Source of the DNA: a virus
Taxonomy: Duplodnaviria > Caudoviricetes
Strand: one strand, 5' to 3'
DNA length: 62,858 nt
IMG/VR virus record: IMGVR_UViG_3300025131_005047
Coordinates: 1 to 62,858 of that record
Shown here piece after piece: positions 1 through 9,500 of the stretch (position 1 is the first letter of the stretch; the number at the start of each line of letters is the position of its first letter). Both the position numbers and the translations under genes were made by a program. The notes under the pieces were generated by a model. The model saw only the letters and a program-made list of their open reading frames with translations. It had not been told where the DNA came from and made no database searches.

Positions 1-3000
1 TACAAGTTGTTTGTATGTTTCTCCAGCCACCCCATTTAATGGTGATGGGATATGTTTTGGCCATGCGACGATTCCTTGTGGTCCCATTATTGTTAATTGT
101 ATAACTGCAGGTGATACACTATCATCTTTTGTTATTCTAAATATTCCTAACTTAAACAATTGAAAGATAATAAATCTTTCTAGAGATGAGTTTTGGGCTG
201 CTGTTGAAAGTTCGCCTGATGTTGAACCATATGGTTTATCACTACTACAGTTAGATATAAGGGCTATACTTAAAGTATTGCTATTTACATCTAAAACATG
301 TGCTCCTTGGTATGTGTCTGGTCTTGCGGTTAAAATTGTACCACTCCTATCTCTATTTACCAAATAATGAAAAGCTATACCAGCAAAACCTAAATCCTTA
401 TGGGTCACATTTAAAGTTCCTACTGGGTCATTACCTAATTCCACATTCCCTGTAGAATGAAGAATTATCATAGTTATCTTTCCTGTCATTGGTAAAGCTG
501 GTGGGTTAGGTCCTGTATCTTTTTCTACTCCCTCTGGTCCAAATCCGCTAACTTGAACATCTGTCACCACTTTTCCTTTTACCCTTTCAATAAATGATTT
601 ATTAACTTTTGAAACTATGTCTTCAATATTTGGTAAGTCAAAAAATGGTGACCTAATACCAGTAAAAGATGTTTCCATATTATTAGGGCTGATATTATGT
701 TCTACATCTGTAATTAAGTATGGTCCCGTAAACATAGGCACATAACGTAAATTAAAATACATTGTAGGTTGTATGCATGCATTTCCCATCGCATTAATTT
801 TTGCAGTGTAAGACCTACTTCTATAAATGTTAAATAAATTTAATCCTTGTGTAGAAATTGTTTTGTCGTTAGAAGAGTCTGCTAATTGTTGTGTTAGTCT
901 AAATGATTCAGCTGTATTTCTAAATTCGTTCTGGTCTAAAGTAACCCCTTTAAATACACCTTGATTTTGTATTCCAAAATCTACATTAAAAGCTACAACC
1001 TTGTTGCACTTTGTTGGGTCTGTGCAATTAGAAAATAAAGGATTGTCAGAAGTTCTACCTAATAGGAAAGAATCAGTATCATAACGATATATGTCCGATT
1101 GTACATTTATGTGTTGTGAAGGTTCTCCAACATACATACATAAAAATTTAGGTGAAGAATCTATATAATCTACCTCCATATGTGTACCAAATAAGGCATT
1201 AGCTTCATCACTAGTATTATATTTAGATATTTGTTCTCCATTTATATTGGTTACCCCATAAAAATTAATATAACTAGGTAATGGTAAGAAATGAAAATTA
1301 TTCTCCTTTAATACTGCTCCAATAAAACCTAATAATGTTGTATTTGCATTACTTTCCATTGCTAATAATTTAAATGGTTCAACATCTATAATAGCTTTAT
1401 CTCCTATATCTCTATTCGCTCTATCAAAGAATAAAAAATCCTCAAATAAAGTTTTATCACTAAATTCTTCACCCGCAACCCATTTATCATTTAATGTTTT
1501 AAAGGTTTGATATATTTCTAATTTTTGTACATCAGTTTTAAATATAGGGTCTATATCGTCTATTTGTGTTCTAACAGGTATTTTATCAAATATTGTTTTA
1601 CTCTGTAGAAACACTTCATTTAGATGCACAGCCTGAGAATCGTCTAATCCACTAATTAATTGACTTATTTTTTCTTTAAACTGAGTTACAAACCCTGTAG
1701 GTTCTGGATAAGGTGTTACTGTATTTGTATTTACTACTGCACTAGATACTCTAGTAGAAGATATAGGTTCTTGCCTTATTCTTTCTGTTACATACATTCT
1801 AATTACCTTCCTAAGTAATTTAATATTTGTTTGTGTGAAATCTATATCTAAAGACACAAAAAAATCTGTTATCTCTGACCCTAAATCATTATAGTGAAGG
1901 GTTGGTAATTCTGGGTCATCAAAGAATCCAACGTGTAGGGCTAAACTAACCCATTCTGCTGGATAAGTTGCTTGAGATACTGCTACAGTAACATCAGGTG
2001 GGAGATTATTTTGGTAGGACCCAAAATTATAATAATCTTTCTCCCCACTTATGGTACGAAGTACTTTTAAATCAATATCATTTTGATTATAAAACTTAAA
2101 AGAAAGTTTTTTATTTAATAATGTTCGTAATGTAGATGAAATCTTACTATTTTGAGCTTTGGCCATATTAACACCAAAATCACTATTATTGTTAGCGGGA
2201 GTAACTGAATATTGTGGTACTACTAATAATTCTCTAACAACAGACTGAAATGTCATTCCATTAGTTGTTGTAAGATTAGACGAATTTAAACTATTGGTAC
2301 TATTATCACCATTAAAATATTCTAATCCATCTAATGTATTATCAAAATTAGTTTCATTCTCACAGAAATTTAAAAAGTATTCTTCAAATTTATCTAAAAT
2401 ATCTGGTGAAAATATATCAAATAATTCTTCAATACTATTATAAGTTCCATTATTTAATATGGTAAAAGGACTCTGGGATAAATTATTTGGGTCTACTTTA
2501 TCGATGTATTGCCATGGTTTAGGTTGTGAACGATTATCGTGTTCAAAATACCCATATTGTGACATAGGCCACAAAAATCTTACATTTCCATTATGTGTAC
2601 TTTTTTTACCTAAATAATCCCCTTCTAGTTCGAATTTAAGTTGGGTTCTTTTTAATCCCCCACTAGATGGGTAAATTATGTAGTTTGGTTCCGTATACCC
2701 AGAGGTTGCGGCGTCTGCTGTTGTATCATAAAATACATTCCAAAATTCAACACTTAAGTCTTGACCACCAGTTACTGGTGGTGTTAATGTGATATCAGTA
2801 TTTTTTTGTACATTTAATGCTCCTCCCACTATATATTGATTTATTTCTAGACTGGTAACTGGAAAACCGGTAATTGTAGTATTGTTGTATAATAAATCTC
2901 CAGTTACAAAATAATGTGTTAAATTAACTAATTCAGGATAAAAACCTAAATTTATTTTTGTAAATCCTCCACCTACTGGTTGTTCTGCTCCTAATGTAAT

Positions 3001-6000
3001 ACTATTATTATTGTCCCCAATATTAAGATTATATAAATAAGCTAAACTATTAGTACTAGGGTTAAACCCTTGGCCTGCATTATAATCATTCCATACATTA
3101 GCTAATGTGTCAGTTCCTGTTTGGATGTGGGTTTTATATCTATTCCATATGCTACCATATTTTAGAATCCACGCGTATGGTAACGGGTGTATGGCCGACA
3201 CCTGGTTTAATGTGGCAAATATGTAATCTCCATATACACTACTCCCGTTCTCCACCTCTAATAATGCTTTGTCTCTTAAAGAGGCAAGAGGTAAAGAATT
3301 GAGGAATAAATATGCTGCATTTATATAAGGATTAGAAACATTATTAAAATCATTTAATACCCCTTCTCTAAAAGCGTTAACAAAATAAGGAGTGTTTAAC
3401 ATAGATACAATTTGTTTATTGTCGGGTGTTAAATTACTTTTTTCACCACCATAAGATATACTACTCTCAGTTAAAAATAATTGGTTATTGTTCAGTATTT
3501 GAGATTGTGGTTGTGAGGCATCTTCATAAAATCCTTTCCATGATGGTTTATTGTCTATTATGGTCTCATATCTAGTTACCAACATATTATCGTATGTTGT
3601 AACAAAATTAGGTAATAGTACTTTGGGGTCCGAATAAAATGGTCCAGCACCAAAACTTGCTAATTCTCCTTCTGTTTTTATTTGGGATGTGAATGTTCTT
3701 AGATTGTCTGAAACAGTTAAGCTTTTGGAGATATTATATAAGTCTTGAAAGGAACCGATAGATGCTCCACCCGCTAAATTTCTCTTTACCCAAGGTATTG
3801 AATTTCCGTTTATTCCTTCACTAGAATTAAAATCTCTAAAGGGAAATGTGTCTACTATTAAATTATCTGTATCATTCTTAGGATAATTTAAATATTCTTT
3901 TAGTCTAAGAATTGCTTTATCTGTAGCTGTGTCCTCATTACCATAATTAGTACTTATTAAATCGATAAAAGGATAAAAAGATGCTCGTGCATCATTAATC
4001 ATCGTTCGAATATAGGGTGTATTTATCTCATCTCTAAGAAGTAATTGCCATTTAGTAAGAGGGGCAAGACTTTGTAAGAAACTCTGGTTATTACCTTCAT
4101 AACCAGTAGTGGAAAAACTATTATATTCTAATGTTTGGTTTTTTAATTGTTCTTGTAAATCAAATGACCCTGATGTTTTAGTTTTCATATCCACACACTC
4201 AATAGTAGCCATAGCTTGAAGGGTTGGGTAACTGGTATTATCCATGAATCTTGTATAAATTCCAGAATAAAAGGTGTGGAGTACCGACCTATCCCATAGT
4301 TCGTAATAAAAAGGAACATAGCTAGTATCAGCATAAAGTGAATTTTCTTGAAAATCTGCAGCACTTACTGGTGACCATTCTTCTCCAATAGCGGAGTTTT
4401 CCCCACTTATTTGAGGGAATCTTTCTCTTATAGTCATAGAACGAAGATATTCTTCCACAAACTCTACTTCAGGCCACACATCTGGTATATAAGCTTTTGT
4501 TTTAGTGGTAACTGATGACGCTCCTGGGTAAGTAGAAACAAAAGTTTGTCCACCATGTTCATTATCTTCTCTAATATAATAAGCTGGCCAAGGATAAACA
4601 AATTGGTCTTCTTGTAGTTGTGCGTCGGGAGCGCCTGAACCTTTTAAAGCATTAAGTCTGTCATCGTTTTCTCTTAATGACATAGACTTTAAATGTGTTT
4701 CATTCATTAATCTTAAAAAGGTATCTGCACCTCCTAGAATAACAGCAAATAAATTTCTTATTGTTGGTCTAAATCCTAAACCTTCATTACCACTTACAAC
4801 TCTATTTATAATTCCTGATAGGTTTTTTTCTATTTTTATCTTCTTTTGATTAAATTTAGTTTGTATAGCCCCTATTTTTTCCTCGAACCCATTTCTAGGA
4901 CCTTTAAATATAAACCATTCCTCTGTAGTCGCAGGCATTCCTTCAACTTTCTCAGCAATAAAATACTCATATTTTATATCAACAGGAATAAATTCTTCCT
5001 TATCCTCCCCAAAGGTTTTGTTATTTAATAACCCCTCATTACCTTCTTTAATGTATTTCTTAAGGGAATCAATAGCTTCTTGTTTTTTATCTTCATTTTC
5101 TGCTACTGATTTTTTCCACGTGTAAAACATATAATCAGTACCACCTCTATCTACGTATACAGCATTTTGTGTGGTATCCATAAATCTATTTCTCCAGCCC
5201 CCAGCACCTAATATCCTTGTGGTGTATTGGTCTAAGTATTTTGAATAGGAGTCTATATCGTCTAAAGCATCTAAATTGTAATTTTGTAAAGCATTCTCTA
5301 TTGCTGTTTCTAAATTACTGATTTTTATTACCAATTCTCTAACGGTCATATCTTTGAAGTTTTCGTCTATTAATCCTTTTCGTCTATAGATGTTGAATAC
5401 TTCATGTTGTATTTGAGCTCCTCGTGTGGTGGTAATTTTTGTAATTCCCTCATCTTCACTATTACTTTCATATTGTCTTGGGTACATATATGGTGCATTC
5501 ATAATTTCTTGAATGGTGATATCCGCTAATAATGCAGAAACCCTACCTATAAAATTACAACTAACATTGTAATTACCTGAAGCAGGGTCAAAGTTTGCAT
5601 TAAACTTATGCATCATTAATTGATATCGTACAGCTTTTCCATAAAATCCTTTAACGGTTAACATAAAGAGAGGATATGGTAGTTGAAAGAAGGCTGCGTA
5701 GGGTGAATTTTGTCCTTGTTCAAATAAAGTCTTCCCTCTTACGTCTACAAAATTAATGGTAACTGTAGGTATATAAGCAGAGTTTAAACTTATTTGTATG
5801 TTTTCAATTCCAAAAGATTCTGGGTCTCTTTTATTAATTATTGTTTCTTGTGGGTAGTCTTTACCTGTTAATGCGTCGGTTTTAGTGGAATTTACTTTTT
5901 GGTTGAATGGTCCTTCTTCGTCTCCCCCACCAGTCATTGTATCAGTCCAATCCGTGGTTAAATAATCTTTACCCCCTGGTTTCATAAAATTAATATCACC

Positions 6001-6228
6001 TTCAAAAATATCAACAAGAGCTTCAGTTTCTACACCAGCTCCACTAATTACCTTACTTCTAGGCACAACCCTTGCTTGTAAGTTAACATACATAGTAAGG
6101 TTTTCGTGTTTTACTAGTCGTTCTTGTGGTTCGTCATTAACTAATATTTTATTTGGGTCTACTAATACTACATTTTGTTCTGCAAACTCTACTAAAATAT
6201 TTTCTGTTCCGGTTATCTCATTTGCCAT
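1..6228 (-). CDS. Very large baseplate hub-like virion protein (>2076 aa, runs off the left edge) with a C-terminal Amidase_2/PGRP-like domain
   Basis: Absent from the ORF track because no stop lies in the window. ATG at 6228 gives MANEITGTENILVEFAEQNVVLVDPNK; spot-checked stretches are open. Hub-like segment RSYTAKINAMGNACIQPTMYFNLRYVPMFTGPYLITDVEHNI (about 680-820). Amidase-like IILHST...HKDLGFAGIAFHYLV...ARPDTYQGAHVLDVNSNTLSIAL (about 260-480). Confidence 0.8.
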   Translation of the reverse strand, partial: MANEITGTENILVEFAEQNVVLVDPNKILVNDEPQERLVKHENLTMYVNLQARVVPRSKVISGAGVETEALVDIFEGDINFMKPGGKDYLTTDWTDTMTGGGDEEGPFNQKVNSTKTDALTGKDYPQETIINKRDPESFGIENIQISLNSAYIPTVTINFVDVRGKTLFEQGQNSPYAAFFQLPYPLFMLTVKGFYGKAVRYQLMMHKFNANFDPASGNYNVSCNFIGRVSALLADITIQEIMNAPYMYPRQYESNSEDEGITKITTTRGAQIQHEVFNIYRRKGLIDENFKDMTVRELVIKISNLETAIENALQNYNLDALDDIDSYSKYLDQYTTRILGAGGWRNRFMDTTQNAVYVDRGGTDYMFYTWKKSVAENEDKKQEAIDSLKKYIKEGNEGLLNNKTFGEDKEEFIPVDIKYEYFIAEKVEGMPATTEEWFIFKGPRNGFEEKIGAIQTKFNQKKIKIEKNLSGIINRVVSGNEGLGFRPTIRNLFAVILGGADTFLRLMNETHLKSMSLRENDDRLNALKGSGAPDAQLQEDQFVYPWPAYYIREDNEHGGQTFVSTYPGASSVTTKTKAYIPDVWPEVEFVEEYLRSMTIRERFPQISGENSAIGEEWSPVSAADFQENSLYADTSYVPFYYELWDRSVLHTFYSGIYTRFMDNTSYPTLQAMATIECVDMKTKTSGSFDLQEQLKNQTLEYNSFSTTGYEGNNQSFLQSLAPLTKWQLLLRDEINTPYIRTMINDARASFYPFIDLISTNYGNEDTATDKAILRLKEYLNYPKNDTDNLIVDTFPFRDFNSSEGINGNSIPWVKRNLAGGASIGSFQDLYNISKSLTVSDNLRTFTSQIKTEGELASFGAGPFYSDPKVLLPNFVTTYDNMLVTRYETIIDNKPSWKGFYEDASQPQSQILNNNQLFLTESSISYGGEKSNLTPDNKQIVSMLNTPYFVNAFREGVLNDFNNVSNPYINAAYLFLNSLPLASLRDKALLEVENGSSVYGDYIFATLNQVSAIHPLPYAWILKYGSIWNRYKTHIQTGTDTLANVWNDYNAGQGFNPSTNSLAYLYNLNIGDNNNSITLGAEQPVGGGFTKINLGFYPELVNLTHYFVTGDLLYNNTTITGFPVTSLEINQYIVGGALNVQKNTDITLTPPVTGGQDLSVEFWNVFYDTTADAATSGYTEPNYIIYPSSGGLKRTQLKFELEGDYLGKKSTHNGNVRFLWPMSQYGYFEHDNRSQPKPWQYIDKVDPNNLSQSPFTILNNGTYNSIEELFDIFSPDILDKFEEYFLNFCENETNFDNTLDGLEYFNGDNSTNSLNSSNLTTTNGMTFQSVVRELLVVPQYSVTPANNNSDFGVNMAKAQNSKISSTLRTLLNKKLSFKFYNQNDIDLKVLRTISGEKDYYNFGSYQNNLPPDVTVAVSQATYPAEWVSLALHVGFFDDPELPTLHYNDLGSEITDFFVSLDIDFTQTNIKLLRKVIRMYVTERIRQEPISSTRVSSAVVNTNTVTPYPEPTGFVTQFKEKISQLISGLDDSQAVHLNEVFLQSKTIFDKIPVRTQIDDIDPIFKTDVQKLEIYQTFKTLNDKWVAGEEFSDKTLFEDFLFFDRANRDIGDKAIIDVEPFKLLAMESNANTTLLGFIGAVLKENNFHFLPLPSYINFYGVTNINGEQISKYNTSDEANALFGTHMEVDYIDSSPKFLCMYVGEPSQHINVQSDIYRYDTDSFLLGRTSDNPLFSNCTDPTKCNKVVAFNVDFGIQNQGVFKGVTLDQNEFRNTAESFRLTQQLADSSNDKTISTQGLNLFNIYRSRSYTAKINAMGNACIQPTMYFNLRYVPMFTGPYLITDVEHNISPNNMETSFTGIRSPFFDLPNIEDIVSKVNKSFIERVKGKVVTDVQVSGFGPEGVEKDTGPNPPALPMTGKITMIILHSTGNVELGNDPVGTLNVTHKDLGFAGIAFHYLVNRDRSGTILTARPDTYQGAHVLDVNSNTLSIALISNCSSDKPYGSTSGELSTAAQNSSLERFIIFQLFKLGIFRITKDDSVSPAVIQLTIMGPQGIVAWPKHIPSPLNGVAGETYKQLV

Positions 6229-6538
6229 AATAGAAGAAATAATTATCTGCCCTTTGTTTATAATCTTGTAGTGAAGCTATTAAAGGATAGGGCACAGTCA
6301 ATAGTCTACCATCTGGAATGTCCCATTCTATACTCCCAATACCAGGATTAGCTTCCATTATTAACCAACCAAAATAGGGTGAATTATAATAAAGTTGGCT
6401 AAGTTTGTCCAATCTAGATTTACCTACTTTATAAATTACTTTTTTATCGCTAGGCTTAGAAGGTAATCCTAAAAATGGTACTGTTATGTTTTCTCCATTA
6501 ATAGTAAACTGTTTATATCTATTATAATACTGTGACAT
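6218..6538 (-). CDS. Baseplate wedge protein, LysM-like (T4 gp53 / P2 gpX-like)
   Basis: RLDKLSQLYYNSPYFGWLIMEANP...IPDGRLLTVP is the LysM-like baseplate pattern; sits between tube initiator and hub. Confidence 0.75.
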   Translation of the reverse strand: MSQYYNRYKQFTINGENITVPFLGLPSKPSDKKVIYKVGKSRLDKLSQLYYNSPYFGWLIMEANPGIGSIEWDIPDGRLLTVPYPLIASLQDYKQRADNYFFYYGK

Positions 6539-6540
6539 AT

Positions 6541-9500
6541 CTATTCTCTATTAAATTTCCAATTAAAATTATTATCTGGATTATTACTTTTATAACTTAA
6601 CGCTAGTAAATTAGTTTCACACGCAGCAACAAATGGACCTACTGTTTTTTCATAATACACCTTTCTTTCTTTATCTAGTGATATGAACTCTGTTGTTAAG
6701 TTATCTCCAACTGTAGTTAATCCTTCAGTTATTGTTCCCTCTTCGGAAACAAATCTATCTTTTACTTGTTTAGTTATTGCTTGAAGATTTTTAAGATAGT
6801 AATCTTCGTTTTTAACAAAAGCAATACTTAAATTTTTTCTTGCGTTGACCCACCAGATTTCGTCCATCTCCATATTTAATTTTTCGTATATTTCAGTCCA
6901 TAAGGTGCCTGTAGTGTTATTTAAATTAAAGACATCTTGATAATAATAGAAATTCTCAGTAGATTCCATATCTACAACATCTTTATCTATTATCTCTTGA
7001 TTGAATATAAGGTATTCTACAGCCATCGTTGTAGGGTCTAGGGTTCCTCCGGGTGCGACCTCAAAGGAGTTTGGTGAAATATATTTTCCTATCTTACTTA
7101 AACTACCGGATTCACTAGGATTTAAACTACTAGATGCGTTTTCACATGGTAACTCATTTATTGTACAAGCTACACCCGCATCTCCATTTAATGTGTCAAC
7201 ATAATAATTTAATGTATTAATCATATAGGAATAATCATTACCTAGTTCTTGTAATGTGTCGGTAGGTGGTGTAGTTTGTTGAGCAGAAGAAGTATGTATT
7301 TCAGTTAATCCAGTAAGAGCAAATGAAACTGGTTTTGCAGTTGATACATATCCATCACATGAGAATGCTACAGTATTAAGTCTCTCAATAAAAGGACTTA
7401 ATTCCACAACTTTTTCACCTAAATTAGTTGCTACTTCTTCTAATTCATTAGTTATTGCATCTCTAGATTCTTCTAATTTTTGTTTTAAAAATCTTCTTAA
7501 TTTTCTTTTTCTTGCATTAGTTGGGAATGCCTCTATAATATGTTTTTGCTGAATGTACGTATTGTCATTTTTTATCTCGTTTTCACACCAATCATATAAC
7601 GCATTAATTCTAGTAGAAACGTCTACGGGTTGACCTAACAATTTACCTGGTACATTTGCAAATGAGTTTGGTGTGGTCGGATAATAATATTGGCCTTCTG
7701 TCCATTGTCTTTCAGCCATCACTAACTGAAGTAGCCCATAATTTCTACTTGTCAATAATAACTCTAATTCAGATAATGTGCCGGTTATATATACACCATT
7801 TTGTTGAAGATAATCATTAAATACTGTTTTATATGTAATAAATCCAGTTTCACCAGATGCCGTCGTCTGGGCAGTCGTTCTATCTCCAATGGTCTGACCA
7901 TCATTTGCTGAAGTGTCTAAATCATCTGTTTTTGCTGCCTCATCTTCTAAATCTGCTCCTACTTGATTTATAAGGTCTTGATTTTCTTGTAACCATTTTT
8001 GTTCGTCAGGGTCATCATCAGTAACCGTATATACTGCTCTAGAATCATACATTTCAGTATTACCATAAAAGTTAAAGGATAATGCATTTTGTAATCTTTC
8101 TACTGGACCTTTAAGTCCTTGACCTCCAACATAATTAAAAACAATATTTATAGATGCTATCATTGGTTGTACTCCAATACCTTCTGGATTAAAATCTAAT
8201 AAATTATCATCATAACTGATAGAAAGATTTTGTATTATAATTTTTGTATGATAAAAGTCACCAATTCTTAACACACATACTGGAGGTGCTCCAAATGATG
8301 TGTTTTTTGCATCTGTTTCATAATCTAATTCCCCTGTTCCCTTCTTTGTAGGAATAGTCGAACCGGGTCTTACACATTGATTTAAAAATGTAAGTCTACT
8401 ATTTAAACCTTCTGGTGTTATTGCGTGAAAAGCTGGGTGAAAATACTTAAACTTATCTTTAAGACTATCATAAATAAATGGGTCTTCTTCTTTTAACATA
8501 TCAAAGTAATCACATTCTGTTACCATTTCCCTTAGTACTTTATTTGCGATTTCTCTTCGGGTGTTCATTTGTTTTTCAGTTTTCTTCTTTACAATAGGTG
8601 GGGTTGGGCTTGGCCTATCGTATCTCCATGTTGTTGTTGTGGGTGGTGTTGTGTAGGTCTCGGGTATATCATCACCAGGAATTGCTTCAACATCAATACC
8701 TACTATAGATACAAACCTACAATTAGCAGCAGCAGCATTATAAACTGACGCAGCTCTGTCTCCAGCGTCATCTGAAACGGTAGAAACACATTGACTTTCT
8801 CCTAATGCGGAACCTTCTGGGAATATTAAAAATCCTTTTTCTAAATAAGTTTTAAATGGTTGTTCTCCCGCTAAAGAGTAGTCTCTCATCATTTGGTAAA
8901 CAGAATCTAGTCGTCTTTGGGATAGGTCAACATTATAGTCACTTGGTGCTAAATTACTAGCCCCTCCAACAAAAGTTAATGTAACTCTATTTTTTTTATC
9001 TTTTAAAGCGTTATCTACTTCAACCATAAATTTATGGAACCGGTCAGCTTCTTCACAGCATTGGGATGTGGCCTCATTAAAAAATGAAACTAATCCTTGT
9101 TTTAATGAGGAGTTAGGTTGTTGAGTTTGATAAGTATCTTGATTTGCAGTTGAATAATATACATCCGCTAAAGCGTTATATGGTGATGTAGATTTTACTA
9201 ATCTAGTATTAGGGTCTGGATAATCATTTTCAAAATAAAAACTTAATGCTGGGGAAGCAAATGCAATTAAGGGTCCAGAATCGTATGGGTCTTCAATTAT
9301 TTGGGGGTCAGTAGTATTAGTACCATCTGCAATTTCCGATATGGTTTCTTGGTCTACATCTACAGTATTAATAATTGTCTCAATTTCTTGTATTGTACTA
9401 ACCCCTAAATTCCATTTTCTTGCTAAGTCATATATATCATATGTTTTACATCCTGCATGAAAAGAATCTATAATTCCATTAACTTCCTCATCCGTAAGTT

